Source of the DNA: Macrostomum lignano
Taxonomy: Eukaryota
NCBI GenBank assembly: GCA_002269645.1
Contig: NIVC01000013.1
Coordinates: forward strand, 186,001-250,000
Direction: 5' to 3'
Length of the DNA stretch: 64,000 bases
Every line of letters starts with the position of its first letter. The first letter of the stretch is position 1. The position numbers were made by a program, and so were the translations under genes. Below the pieces are notes generated by a model. That model saw only the letters and a list, made by a program, of their open reading frames with translations, made no database searches and had not been told where the DNA came from. Positions 1 to 13,374 of this stretch are shown piece by piece.

Positions 1-877
1 CTTTCATCTAATATTTTATCTACTCTTTCCTTTTCTCTATTCCCTTTCATTTAGCCATTTCATCCTGTCTATGAAACAGATATCATCAAAATCCTCTCCG
101 TTAAACTGCAATCCAGCGTGTATCATCTCCTTCAAGCTACAATCCATCAATTTAAAAAATATTATCTTTATCGAATTTCAGTCAATCAAGACTATGACAC
201 TGAAGTCTATAAAAATATGCTTTTTACTTGTTTGAGTATACGTCAAAAAATCTTTAAAATCCTCCATAAAACCTCTGAAATATCATAGCATGTTTTCTGT
301 TTGCAAAAACTGACTGCCATGGTCCAGACTGAGACTCTCTCCTGTCTCCTCTCTCCTCTTTGCTCCTTTATCTAATCTCTTCTCTCTGCTCTCATCTCCT
401 CTCTCATCTCTACTCTTACTTTCTTATCAATCATCTCCCATCTCTCAACTCTCCTCTCTGCGCTCTCATCTCAGTTTTGCATGCATCTCTAGTATGCAAA
501 ATTTCATAGTATTAACAGCTATAACAATTAATAATATTAGCAATACAAAAACTGGCAAAATCCTCTATTTATTTTTACGGGAATAACTGGGAAGATTGCA
601 GCCTAATGAGCGATATGGCAAGCATGCCGAAGCACCATTCAATATAGTTAGGAAAGTGCAAAACACAAAGGCCTGACAGGTACAACAAAAAACTGATATA
701 ATTACTAAAAGTTGCGTACCCTATTGTCCCGTGCATATTGGCAGTGTTGGGCACTGTAGTCTTATAATAAGCAGTGATTGCCAATCTAGCCTCACTAGCC
801 AGCAAAACCAGCCTAAGCAACAGAGCCAAACAAATCAATCTAGCTCTAATCAACCTAGCCTACCAAATTCCGCAACT

Positions 878-2128
878 ATGAACTACCAACCAAAAACTAA
901 TAACAACTCTAAATCGGCTCCAGTCATTTTCGAAATTGCACAAGAAGGAAAAGATTCTATTAAATTTGAATGGTTCCTAAAATTAAACTTCCCAGCAGTA
1001 AGAATTAGGTCAGTTAAGGACCTCTACCATAGCTCAGGCTATGTAGTAACGCCGGATCATCCTAAGGACTTTAATACAATACTATGTGCTAATCTTAAAA
1101 CTAACAAAATAAATAACTGCAAAATCACAAGGCGAACGGCAGCTAAAAGGCCAATTAGACAAGGGGATGACCAGGTGCGTGCACCACTCAAGTCACTGAC
1201 ATCTTACTCATTTATTGTCAAGCATGTACTTATCACCGTTGACGCACACGAATTAGCAAAACATCTAGCTGATTCAGAACAACAATTGCCGATCGATAGC
1301 GCTGTGCGCATCGTTTCAAGGGCAACAAGTGCACCGACTCCACATATCCGCCTCTTCACTAAGTGCAAGGGTGCGATGAAGCGGTGCATCCAGGATGGCG
1401 TCTATCTCGGATACAGCAAATTCAGGTGCGAAGAATCAATCAATCTTGCACCAGTAAAAGCAGTCCAGTGCAAAAAGTGCCAAAGACTGGGGCACCATGA
1501 AAGCAAATGCGCAGCATCAAATCAGTGCAACAAATGCACAGGAGAACATTTTTCCGCTGACTGTCCTAAAGACAGTAAGTTCAAATGTGCTAACTGCGGG
1601 GGCGAGCATCCAGCCTACTCAAACAGATGCAACAAAATCAAAGAAGCAAATGAAATTGCTACTAAAAAAGCTCACGAAAGAATCAGGGAACAAAAAGCAA
1701 AGCAAAATAACAACATTTTCGCTAGTCAGTCCCTGGGGGAGGCATTTGGTGTACCAGGTCCTCTCTCTTACGCCGACGCATCGCGACCCGGACTATCCAA
1801 ACCGATACTGGGGCCTATCCTGTATTCGAACCGCGCTGCCACTGCCGCTGCCGCTGCCGCTGCCGCCCCATCGGCCGAAGCGCCGGCGAGTCGACCGGCT
1901 CCGGCCAATCCGGCGGCAACGTCAATCTCCGCCAATCCGCCCACACTGCCGGCAGTTGTCTCCGACTCCGTCACTCCGGCCGTGCCCAAACTAGGAGTTG
2001 ACGTCACCGCTAACAAATGCAACTCAAGTGAGAGGGGTGTTATCTCCCGGATGGGGGTGCTCGAGGTGGTTCTTCAGGCACTCACTCGGCTCATGGGAGC
2101 TAATCCGGGGCAGATGCTTACCGAATAG
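878..2128 (+). CDS. LINE ORF1 (gag-like nucleic-acid-binding protein)
   Basis: Open frame from ATG 878; CKKCQRLGHHESKC, CNKCTGEHFSADC and CANCGGEHPAYSNRC zinc knuckles; Ala/Pro-rich tail. Confidence 0.9.
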   Translation: MNYQPKTNNNSKSAPVIFEIAQEGKDSIKFEWFLKLNFPAVRIRSVKDLYHSSGYVVTPDHPKDFNTILCANLKTNKINNCKITRRTAAKRPIRQGDDQVRAPLKSLTSYSFIVKHVLITVDAHELAKHLADSEQQLPIDSAVRIVSRATSAPTPHIRLFTKCKGAMKRCIQDGVYLGYSKFRCEESINLAPVKAVQCKKCQRLGHHESKCAASNQCNKCTGEHFSADCPKDSKFKCANCGGEHPAYSNRCNKIKEANEIATKKAHERIREQKAKQNNNIFASQSLGEAFGVPGPLSYADASRPGLSKPILGPILYSNRAATAAAAAAAAPSAEAPASRPAPANPAATSISANPPTLPAVVSDSVTPAVPKLGVDVTANKCNSSERGVISRMGVLEVVLQALTRLMGANPGQMLTE

Positions 2129-2350
2129 GAAGCGGGGCAACTCGCTATCCAGGCGGTAACTGAAGTCCTGGCGGCGCTCAGAAGTCGAAGAGGGCCTGAC
2201 TCTGGGACAGGGGACACTGAAGCCGCGCAAGCGGGCGGAGGTGAAACCTGAACCCGAAAATAATTCTGTAAGCGAAATAATTTAGCTTATAAATTCAAAG
2301 CACCCAAAAACTTCTAAAATAATGGGCAAGCTGGACAGTCTGTTGTGCGG

Positions 2351-4245
2351 GACTCCCTAAACATAGGGCATCTCAACTGTAATGGGCTAAGTAACAAATT
2401 TTACGAGATTTCGTCTTGGATTAAAAATGAAGACTTAGATATCGGGCTTTTCTCTGAAACATGTCTAGAGGAAAAAAAACAAATTTTACTTACCTGGGTA
2501 TGCCACGCTCCGGTTTGACGTCTCTTTGTTTGACGAACCTAAAAACTTTTGGATAGACATTAAGAAAATGACTGGGGAAGGCTATAAGACAGTCAATTAC
2601 CCGCTCCTTGTCTACAAAAACACACGCTGAAACTGAAGCAGAAAAATCCAAGCTCTTCAGCAACTTTCTAAAAGATCAAATGCAATGCCACCCCAAACAA
2701 GATTCTAAAATCTACAAAAGTCATAGAAACCAAAGATCATGAGATCTTCAAACCCCACAACAATATTAGCTGCTCTCTTCTACCACAAAGAGCATGCTAA
2801 CCCAGAAAATCCCGAAAATGAAGACATTGAAGGTGACATTCTCAATATTACTGACCAGGATGTTCTATGGGAAAGTAGGAAGCTCAAGTCAGGAGGAGCT
2901 CCTGGTCCTGACAGAATACCTAACCTAGTTCTAAAATATGGACTCAGCCCAGACTCCATCAGAGTGCTTGCAAAAATATTTAACTCGAGCTTCCTATTAG
3001 GTTACTTCCCCAAACAATGGAAAAAACGACCATTAAAATGATCCCAAAACCTAATAAACCAAAAAGATTAGTGAATAGCTACAGACATATCAGCCTAACC
3101 TCGTGCATTGGCAAATTGTATGAAAAAATCTTAGCTAGAAATTTTAGAATCATACTAGAAAACCTTGAAATTATCAACGACGAACAATGTGCTTATAGAT
3201 ACGATCATTGCACATATGACAATATAGTAAGACTCACCGACGATGAAGTGAAAATGCTTCAGTTGAGGCAGTACACGTTGGGAGTTTTCTTTGATGTTAA
3301 AGGAGCCTTTGATGGGGTCTGGCTGGACTTCCTTAAATATAAAAATCGGAAAAGTAAAGTCCCGCACAACATGACACGTATTCTAGCTAATTATCTAGAC
3401 GACAGAACTGTGGGGCTTGTGGTTGGCGGAGCCCGGGGCGGGGAATTCCAGCCAATGGCAGGCGTCCCGCAGGGTGGGGTCCTCTTGCCCCTGCTTTTCA
3501 TCATATTCGCCAGCTCTATTCCCAAGCCTACTGACAGCAAGGTTCAATTCAGTCAGTTTGCTGACGACCTAGCCGTATGGGCTTCAGCTAGAAAGTCCAC
3601 CATGTCAGCAAAAAGGCTGAACTCGTACTTTCTAGTCCTCAAAAATGGTTAGAAAATTTGGGCATTGTTATCAATCCCTCTAAAAGCAAAGCCATCTGTT
3701 TCTTTAAACCTAATGGGAATAAAACTGGTCCAGGCGATCCTCTAGTTAAACTTGGACAGGACAAAATCAAGTACTACGAATCCGTCACCTTCTTAGGGAT
3801 GGTCTTAGACAAGCAACTCAACTTTAGGGCCCATGTAGACAAGGTCATCGGGTCCTCCACGCTCAAGACTGCTGCGATTGCTAGAATGGCAAAAAACTCT
3901 AGGATATCACAATTGGCCCTTCGCCTAATCTACAGGTCTTACATTGAGAGTACCATGACCTATGGTGCTCCAGTACTCATTAACCTTCTTGATTCCCTAG
4001 TCAATTGGCTTCAAACCCTGCAAAATAAGGCACTGCGCATCTCGATCGACGCTCCGCCCTACACTAAGATCTCTTGCATCCACCAGGTCACCAAGATGCC
4101 TATGGTCAAAGAACGGTTGCTTACTCTTGCTAAAAATGGTACAAGAAAGCCCTGGAAAGCGATATCCATGGGTTCAAAAATGATACTAAAGAGTGTCTCA
4201 GACCCGGGTTCAGGGTCCCCTTTACCACTTAACTTAAACAACTAA
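2351..4245 (+). pseudogene. LINE ORF2 (APE endonuclease remnant plus reverse transcriptase), frameshifted and deleted
   Basis: SLNIGHLNCNGL...DIGLFSET (APE start), then a jump at ~2520 to the pre-RT linker; RT motifs APGPDRI, YRHISLTSCIGKLYEK, FFDVKGAFD, GVPQGGVL, FADDL; 1-nt frameshifts near 2480, 3025 and 3645. Confidence 0.9.
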
Positions 4246-7200
4246 TTAAATAATTACGCTTCCATTAAGAACCATTAAATTGGTCAATGCTAAATCTGCC
4301 CGAGCACCTCCCTCTGGGGACGGGAAAACTATAGAGGCTATGTGATACTGAGCAGAGAACTATTTACAGTATCAATTCCGTTTTACTCCCTTCTCTCAAT
4401 ATTAACAACCAAACCTCTTTATCTCTTCCAATTTTGTCTAATTATATCAATGTTTTACATTATACATTCTAACTGTAAGGCTGGTCTGTTAACAGTCTGA
4501 TCTATTAGGAAACAATGATAGAAGGTAGACCGGTGCGAACTCGTCCAATAGGAGGTGCTGATGTAGTCTGCTGGTAACAGAACGTTTATACAAAGGGCTC
4601 GCCCATAAGGGTCAGGTCCCTTGTATTTACCAAATTCTTTGACACACCATACTTAAACCTTCGTTATCGTAAAGGTGTTAGCAAATCAATAGCAGCCAGC
4701 CAACCTCAAGGGCGGATACATTCACTCACAGTAGTCAATAACAACTCAGCTCTAATTTTACACATAACGATCGAAATTTCTACAATCCTTTGTGCATCAT
4801 TTCATTTCACTGTATATAACTTTTACACTCTATATTTGTTTTTAATTTCAACCATTCACTACACTGTTTTACTCATCATTACTCAATCATTTGTTTTAAG
4901 TTTTAAATTTAATTGTGCAGATTCTTATAGTTTATCTTTAGTTTCAATACTGTATCGATTTAATTTGTTTTTACTTTTCCAAACTTGACCACTAAAATAT
5001 CATACAACTGGAAACAAAATACATCAATTGCGTAAGAGCCCCCCAGGGCTGAGGCGCAGGGCTTTCGTTTGCCCACTTATAAACTGAAAACTTGGAAAAG
5101 AATCCTTGCCTCGGTACTCTGACATTTAACTTGGATATTAATTTAGGATATAATTTAGGAACGCACAAGAAGAGTCTTGCCACTAAAAACTGATTGGGAG
5201 TATAACTAAATATAAACTAACAGGAATTAGGGAACTAATGTAAAAGCAACTTTTGTACGTTAACGTTTTATTCCTTTATTAAAACTTTATTAACCGTTAA
5301 AATTACTTCATTGATGTCCTGACTCTATTATTTAATCTAAGAAATCGAATTAGGGAAAAGCAGAAACCTGGTGGCAGCGAATCTACCAAACTCAACCAGT
5401 ATAACCAGTAAATCCACTAGAAAATCTTAACTGTAAAAACCAGTACGCCTAGACCGCAGGCCCACGACTTGTCCAATTGGTGGCAGCTTAGAGGATTAGA
5501 ATACCCGAGAAGCGCATATATATTAGACTGGGGCATAGAAAGGATTAGTGGATCAGTAAGGGATTAACGGATTAACTCCTATGTGCTGAAATTAGAACTA
5601 AAACTAACACAAATTTACTAATTAGGTTCTAAATTAGAGATTTAATGTACATGGTCAGTTGGTCTTGTCCAGTTTAAAAAAAATTACCGAAGTGTTAATG
5701 TTAGTCCTACTAGTACTAGTATATTAGAGTGAACTTATTTTCTTCTGCCTATAGACTTAAAAATTATCTCGTAAGTATACATGTAACAGTCCTATATTTT
5801 TATAGCATGCTAATCTCTTTTTAAGAATTCTTTGTGTATATATTAAATTCTTCATTAGTTTAGGGTTAGGGTTAAAAAGTAGGTTTTTTTGTTATTGAAA
5901 CCTTTTATATGAAAACCTATGCTTTGAAAATTTTCGTTATCAACCATGATCTGCGCATACAAATCCATAATAAAATCATTAGTACTTACCGCTTTTCGTT
6001 TCATTTTAACGCGTTGTTATCATTAGTAATCATCATTGTTATCATTAGTAATAATACGTCTATTAAATGATTATTTTATTAGCAACTTAATAATCTTGCC
6101 TTATATCTGTGATAATGCTTCTGTAACACAAAATATTTGCTTTAAATTGTCCGCTATCTTTAATAATTTGCTATAAATACAAGGCATGAAGTCTTCGTTC
6201 AACCCGACTTGTGCTGATTGCTATTATGCTTAGTGCTGAACATTTTGTTCTAAAAATAGCAATTGAGTCAGCCTCGTTCATTTAGAGACGTGCAGTCTCT
6301 TCCTTTCCTCTCCCCTTTCCTTTCGCAAGAGTGTACAGTGCCTCCCTTCCTCCAGGCGAATTGCCCGCCATCTCCTCTCCAATAAAACAGGCGTGCTGCC
6401 CTTCCTATCCCCAGACCTTCAGCCTGACCTGGCGTTCCGCCAACTCCCCCTCCAGACTTCCTATCCGATCAGGCTAATGCCTATCCCTCGCTTCTTAATT
6501 AGGCGTATTGCCTCTTCATCCCACTAGTCTTCTTGCCCACTTTTCCTATTAGGCATGCTGCCTCATATTCCCTCTCTTTATTAGGTATTTCACCCTCTAT
6601 GTAAGCATTCCCCGTTAGTTATTGAAATTCCCCCTTACTGCGCCCCGTTTCCCAGGCAACTCTGGTCCGCCGTGCAGCCTTCCCTCGGACTAAATTTAAC
6701 TATAATAGACATGTCTTGCCGCTCGGACACTACGCCACCAGGAGTTTCCTCAGGCTTACTCCTAGTAGTAGAATTTGGACATTTCTTTTATGTTTCCCTT
6801 GCTCGCAATTAGAGTAAACAACTCATCTCTCAAGCTTCTACTGATAAATTTATCACTTTTGTACATGTTGTATACTAACTACCCAGTCAATAAAAAAATA
6901 CATTCAAGATTTAGCTGAATGCTTTGTAACGCATGTGCAGTAAATTTTTGGATTACGATTGCTTCGTCCAAACTTTCACTTAATGTTACATATGGCTAGG
7001 CAGTAGGCTCTTCTTGGACCATTTAGTGGTTACTGAATGTTCTCTTTTTAAAGCTCCATTGGTAATTTTAAAAAGTACCAATTTGTGTAATTTGTGTAGG
7101 ACATCATCTTTTGCGTCACATTTAATTAATAAATTTTTGCTATAAAAAAGAGCTAGCTTATTTTATGTCGCAACAGAGGGAGGGACCCGCTTGTCAAAGA

Positions 7201-8229
7201 GGCCTACAATGCTATAGCTATCGAGCCAAATAAGCCCACTAGTATTAGCGTATATATTAATGGAAACTTTTACAACCCAGAGAAACAATTTTTCTACATC
7301 GGGTAATCATGTTTGTAAACTTACAACTGGCGATTTTTGCTCTATTCTTGAATTTTGACCCTCAAAACATGCTCGTGTGCGCATCTTGCATCCAATTGGT
7401 TCACTCTTAGATCAATTTAATGTGTACTACTGATTGAAATGATGAAGCATATTTATCTGAATGGCGTTCTACACTGCATTCAAAGTTTAATAAAGTTATC
7501 ATATATTAAGGTTGATGTGAATGCCAACAGTTATGAAATGTAATTTTTCTAAGCGAAATTTTGCGTCCCTGTATAGCTGTGCCAATCAAGCTGATTGATT
7601 CAAGTACATTTGTCTAATTCCCTTATGCAGCGAGTTTGAGCGCGACTGAATATAATAATTGCACCGATTTTCTGCTATGTTTTGTTCTTTTGCTTGCCAG
7701 GAAAACAGTTTAGCAGCTGTTATGCCATTTCAGGGCATTTTGAAATACTTTTTCATCGTATTTGCTATTTTAAGTGGTATTTGACATTCCCTTACAATTT
7801 TTACCGACGTAAGTAAACAACATGTATCCTCGATAAAATATACTAATCTCTATGCATCTGGACATTAGGAATTAAAAAATTCAGAACCTGTCGCACGTCC
7901 TAATCAAGCATGGCATTGAGTCTTGGACTTGGACCCCAAGTTTTTTTGGACTTAACCAGAGTATATTTAAAAGAAATAATCGATCGATGATATAGCTAGA
8001 GAGAGTTGCTAAAATGATTTTGTGTTGCAGTCATTAAGTGTACAATACAGTGCACATTGAGGTGCAGTCCATGAGGATTTATGCAAAGCATTGGTTCTAA
8101 TACACCATTGAAAAAGTTTAAAAACACTTCTGGAGCCCAATTGAGCTTAAGCATATATACAGTGGTCATTGTAATGACTTTTGCGCATACTCACGTGCCT
8201 ATATAGTAAAAGAGCATTATTATAGTACT

Positions 8230-10310
8230 ATCAATCTAATAATTCCGGAACAGAAGCTGCAACGTATAGCGCCTTCCGTGAAAGCACGAAAATAACGACC
8301 GAGGACGCAGTCTTCGATCATTTAAGGCACACACGCACTCGAGTCAGAAAGCAGAACGAAAAGTTGCTGTCTGGAAACCAGACTGGTGCCGCAGCTCCTG
8401 AGTCTTTGGCAAGTTTGAGTGGTTCTGGAGACGGTGATGCGGACACGGAGGAGGATGCGGATCTTCTATGTAAAATGGCTAGGTCACTTGAAAAACACAA
8501 AATCACAAAGTTGGCCATCAGCGTCTAAAAATCTTAAACAACGTTATTTTAACATCCAATAGCAACATTTTTCCAACCATTTAAAAGTCATTTTAATGTT
8601 AATGGCAGCCCGAAAAATAGCTTGTATTTTCTGATCGCGCTGTGAATCAGACAATGGACAGAGTGGAATTATGAGGTTAATGCAAGTACGTTTGCAACAG
8701 GTGCACAGTTTAGTACGAATCAAAGCTGTGAACGAATCAAACCCCCAGTTTTCTGAAAAAAAACTAAAAAAACAGGTGCAACAGCGCACCGTCATTGCCT
8801 TGTAGCAAAATTCATTATCAATGAGCTTTGGAATTGGCAAGAAGTGTGCGGCGCATGTCTTCAGAGGAAGCATTGTACCTTAATTTGTTTGCGCGGATTG
8901 TTGCAAGCACCATTTAGGGGAAAGTTCTGGCGAATCTTTATAACATTCTTCATCTTCTGTTCAATCGCGCTGCAAAGAAGGCCATGCTACCAGTCGAGGC
9001 ACTGATGATGGAGGCTTCCGATATTGGTGATAACGAGCTCATGCAAGGCGACGAAATGAACGCTCTGGAAGATATTGAGTCGGATAAAGATTCGCTTATC
9101 CTCCCGCTTTTACAGTGATGCGCAGCAGATCTTCGAGCGAGGCAATGCAGCTTGCTACCGATCGTGAAGCTCAATGCGCATCTTAATGAAAATCGGCTAA
9201 AAGGTCGTGAATTTTTACGCATAGTTTCTGTTCTGCCGTGGCCTCATGACTGACTAACAGCGATTCTTTAGTGGACAAAGCATAGTAAAAGACTGGCAAC
9301 AGCAAAAGATCTGTCGAAGTGTATCACATAACTGTGAAAAGAGATGTGATGTATGTCCGATCGCAACCGCATATTACTTTTAGAAGAGGAATTCAGAGGT
9401 CGCATGCAGCATCAGGTGACTGGTTCTGCAAAAATTTACAGCTCCTAAATGGCAAGCAAAAAGACTTGGATTCGGAAGTCGAAAATTCCGAGGAAGACTC
9501 CTTTCCATTGCAAAGCGGCAAGAAGCAAGCAACGTACAATCGAGTCGCCTATGCTAGAAGCAGCAGAAGGTACAGAGTAGTTGTCGCTGCTCTGTTGCGC
9601 ATTGCCTTTCCAAATGGAATAGAGATCTGCCAAATTAATTTGGTCATCCAGCCACCGAATTACAAAGTAAGTTCGTGGTATACCAGGATTTCACTTCCAG
9701 TGTTTTTTCGCTAGAAGCTGTTTCAAACTGTTGCCGACAAGTTGGTTCAAACTCTCGGATTGAAGCGTTGTCAACTCGTATTCGTGCTGCAGACATTTCA
9801 GCCGTGTCGCTCGACTACCTGCAGCATCTTTGACTTGAAAGTGAAATCTCCCACAATTGTTCCGCAGGTCTGCATAGGCGCCATGCCGGAATTGGCTTCA
9901 TTGTGGACACTGGTGCAATGTGACTACAATATGGACTCAGATAGCCAAATACCCTTAGTACTGCTAGATAGTTGCAGAAGCAACTTCCTGAACCCTGACT
10001 GCGTCGCCAGGAAAAGGTGAGTCGGAGATTGTGCCGCATATATATATTTATAGCAAATTCATGCTCTTATCGTAATGCTACTGCGCCGGGCTGTAGCTTG
10101 ATCTCACAACATTCTTTTATTCTGCAGGATCCAGTGATCCAGTGTCCACCGATCTTCTGTCTAAGCTCACCTCGCACGAAAACAAGATTGGTTTGATCTT
10201 CGGCCCCTCTGGTTCAGGCAAATAAACTTTCTCCCCATGCAAATCCTGTGCATGCGAACTATGTGTAGCACTTTGCTGCACCTTCGAGGTTGGGTTCGAG
10301 AATAATTAAA
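8230..10310 (+). pseudogene. Degraded coding remnants of unknown origin, including a Walker A-like exon
   Basis: Protein-like stretches broken by stops; after an acceptor-like ttctgcag near 10127 the frame reads KIGLIFGPSGSGK*T. Confidence 0.3.
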
Positions 10311-10324
10311 TCCGAACTAGCGGT

Positions 10325-10390
10325 AGCGATAGCGATAGCGATAGCAGAAGCGATAGCGATAGCGGAAGTGATAGCGGGAGCAACAGCGGG
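10325..10390. repeat. (AGCGAT)n hexamer microsatellite
   Basis: Direct inspection. Confidence 0.85.
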
Positions 10391-11167
10391 ATCTAAACCT
10401 TAAATTTTAGTTTACGCTCTTTTTAAGCATTGTTGAATTGTTGCAAGCTGTCCAGGTGTTTTTCTGTTTTCAATTGGCCGGAGACTGCTATTTTTCAATG
10501 TTTGCTTTTCTTACGTTTTTATACGCTCAGTGTTAACCTGTTGACTTGTGTTCCCGTTGTCAATTTCGCTGTTATCCTTATGCACTCGCTCACTATTTAC
10601 CACTCTATCACTCTATTATTACACAATTTTGTCTTTTTTCTCTATTTTTATCTACCTGCGAAAAAAACTGCGCTTTGTCTGCTCTGTGCAATTAATCACA
10701 AATAAGGTGCGCGCAATATTTGTAATTCAATTAGTTTGGTATTTAATTTCATTACTATTTAGAGAGTAGAGGACAGACGTAGAGTGCAAGCTCCAATTTT
10801 GATCCTTTGATTGAGAAATGGGATTTAAATGGAAGAGGCGAGTAGAGTAGAGTGAGCGAGAGCGAGAGGGTAGAGTAAGAGAGGGAGGGTGCAACGCGCA
10901 ACGTTTACCGCGCATGCAACGCGGCTGCAAATTTGAACAGTCTCTGTTCTCAATCCTTTATCTGCGCTTCATTGCGTACCGTGAAATGTTGAAAGAAGGC
11001 CCGTGGCGACTGCAACTATCGGTCCTGGATTTAGTGTCCATAGTAATGACTGTGGAATTCTCACCACGTTTGTCTGAATTCTATTTGGAGGAAACGCTGC
11101 CCAACGATTTTTATATCATCTCATTGAGTGACTATCGGCAATCATTGGAATGTCTACTCAACTTCCA

Positions 11168-11290
11168 GTAGAGTGAGGGGTAGAGTGAGGAGGAGGGCGT
11201 AGAGTGAGGAGGAGAGGGGTAGAGTGAGGAGGAGAAGGGTAGAGTTAGAAGGTGAGGGGTAGAGTGAGGAGAAGAGGGGTAGAGTGAGGA
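11168..11290. repeat. Purine-rich tandem repeat with GTAGAGTGAGG core
   Basis: About 6 imperfect copies. Confidence 0.8.
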
Positions 11291-11864
11291 CGATGAATGT
11301 ATACATATATACTTGGGCATGTATACTGGGAATTGGTAGAAACACTGTATTTGGCTCTATAAAGGTCTATGGCTTTCAACTGCCGGTAGTGTTTTAGAGT
11401 AAAAATGAAAGCCTGTTGTTCTTAGCATTGTTTATTTGTTTAGCATGTGGATGAACACATTAATTCCACTCTTCATTTTCGGCGACTCTTTGGCGGCGAC
11501 TCCGCGGACTCGAGTCTGATGCAGCAGTGGAGCTAGAGGAGCTAGAGGAGTGCGGCAACCACTATCTGGAAAAGTGCGTGCTCCTGGGGCAGTGCGGCAA
11601 AAGACACTAGATGGCCTCGGGAGAAAGTTCTGGCGATTTAAAGAAATATGTAACCTTTGACTTTGACAAAGTCAAAGGCTTGGGATTGTTCTATAGATTG
11701 CGGTTGGGTCTCTTCAGAGGTGTATTGGTGAGCTGACTTCACCTGACCAGGTGCAGTTATAGGATCAAAGTGAAGCCTGAGGTAGAAATTTTTAAAACTT
11801 AATTTTTTCACATGAAAAATAAATTTCGAAAATCACATTGCCCCACTAGATTTTGACTCGCTGT

Positions 11865-12190
11865 CACGCCAAGCCTGCAGACAAGCCTGCAGACATAATA
11901 GTGTCAATTTTAGTGTCAGACGTGCTTGCAGACGTCATAGTGTCAATTGCAATGTCAGACACGCTTGCAGACGTTATTGTGTTTTAGCAGTGTCGGACAC
12001 GCTTGCAGACGTAATAGTGTCTGTGGCAGATTCAGACAGGCCTGCAGACGTCATAGTGCTTATTGCAGTGTCACACACGCTTGCAGACGTAAAGAGTGTT
12101 TGTAGCAGTGTCGGACACGCCTGCTGACGTCATTATGCCAATAGAATTGTGACACCAATGCAGACTTTATAGTGTCAATATAGTGTCAAT
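11865..12190. repeat. Degenerate ~42-44 bp minisatellite
   Basis: Recurring cagacacgcttgcagacgt...atagtgtc motif, about 7 copies. Confidence 0.75.
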
Positions 12191-12412
12191 ATAGTGTCAA
12201 TCGATCTGATGATGATGGGGGTAAAGTGAAGGGGGAGAAGGGGATATAGGGGGCAAGCCAATAAAGGAAAAGACTCGAGACTTTTTTAATTGAGACTACA
12301 CTTCTTATTTAGTATTTCTTAATAATAGGAGCAAATAATAAACAGCTGTTTGCCTTGGCTTTCAATCATTTTTTTCTTTAAAGATCACAAGTTCTGTTCA
12401 TTTTCAGCACTG

Positions 12413-12867
12413 ATGCAGCGCATCTTTAAGAAAAGTCGGCCGGTGCCAGCTGCAGCCTCGCCACCTGTTGCAGACCCGGCACCGGCTGCATCTCCTGCAG
12501 CTCCTGCTGCAGCCCGGCCACCTGCTGCAGCCCGGCCGCCTGCTGTAGCCCAGCCACCTGCTGGAAGTCGGATGCTGACTACTAGCGTTCGTGCTTTTTT
12601 TCGTAAGTGCAGTACAGCCAGTGGTGGCAGAACCAGGCTATAGATTTCCAGCAGAGGCTGCAGGCAGAGAAGGCCGTGCGAGAGCACTGGGAGGCTAGAG
12701 CCCTCGCCGCAGAGAGTGCTCTCGCTGTTGCGACACCACTGCCAGCGCCTGCTGCACCGGTGGGTGCGCCAGCTGTGCCGCCGCGGCGCAAACCACCCGC
12801 AGTTGGTGTCTCTGAGCTGTCGAGTCAGGGGCTGTTTTCCGTGAAACTGACACTTATAGTGCCCTGA
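12413..12867 (+). CDS. Small orphan Pro/Ala-rich protein with a coiled-coil-like middle; probably two exons (intron 12567-12607)
   Basis: ATG 12413 follows an acceptor-like ttttcag; removing a 41-nt GT..AG intron joins PA repeats to QYSQWWQNQAIDFQQRLQAEKAVREHWEARALAAE in frame. Confidence 0.45.
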
Positions 12868-13214
12868 TCTCACTGCTCTATGACTAAAATTAAAGTACCT
12901 TCTTCAAGGCGATATCTTTTAACTCCGTCGTTGCCGGTCCGAAGCCCGGATGCAAAAGGAGGGAAAGAAAATACATGCACTATGTCTTTTCAGACTGCGG
13001 CCAGCTTAAAATTATCGTGGCATGTTCCAGTTAAAATGTTCGATTATGACTTTCTGTCTTTCTTGTTTTTCTTTTTTAAATTTTACTATCATAGTAGAAG
13101 CCAGTACAGGCACTATGCACACGCAGGTTCGAAAGCCTAGTTAAAGGAACAAATCGCAGATTTACACGATATACAGTATTATTGAATATATTTATACAGT
13201 CTTATTTATTAGCA

Positions 13215-13280
13215 ATAGAGCGTTTAGCGATTAGAGCGTTTAGCGATTAGAGCGTTTAGCGATAAAGCGTTTAGCGATAG
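13215..13280. repeat. 16-bp tandem repeat (TTAGAGCGTTTAGCGA) x4
   Basis: Direct inspection. Confidence 0.85.
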
Positions 13281-13287
13281 AAGTAGC

Positions 13288-13374
13288 AGTATGATATAAG
13301 GGGCTGCGCCACACTTATTGCTCGAGCGCATTGCGCGCCAGCTCGCTGGATGACTCAGCCCCTTATATCATACT
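13288..13374. other. 87-bp hairpin or micro-MITE with a perfect 19-bp inverted repeat
   Basis: AGTATGATATAAGGGGCTG at 13288-13306; its exact reverse complement at 13356-13374. Confidence 0.8.

Larger units (their letters stand above)
340..4980 (+). mobile_element. Non-LTR retrotransposon (LINE, Jockey/I group), internally deleted; boundaries approximate
   Basis: Gag-like ORF1 with three CCHC knuckles, then APE endonuclease N-terminus and RT motifs; no RNase H seen; CT-rich 5' region and AT-rich 3' region. Confidence 0.85.

Noticed and set aside
740-753. 14-bp inverted match CAGTGTTGGGCACT to 23867-23880
   Set aside because: A 14-mer match is plausible by chance in 64 kb, and no TSD or other support exists for a 23-kb element
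5369-5490. Two TGGTGGCAGC PBS-like motifs suggesting an LTR element at 5.0-5.6 kb
   Set aside because: No TG...CA-bounded LTR or gag could be defined; left unannotated
5860-5874. TTAGGG telomeric repeat
   Set aside because: Only about 2.5 copies, too short to indicate a telomere or interstitial telomeric array
6300-6760. Loose repeats of aggc(a/g)t(g/a)(c/t)tgcc
   Set aside because: Too degenerate to define a unit or function
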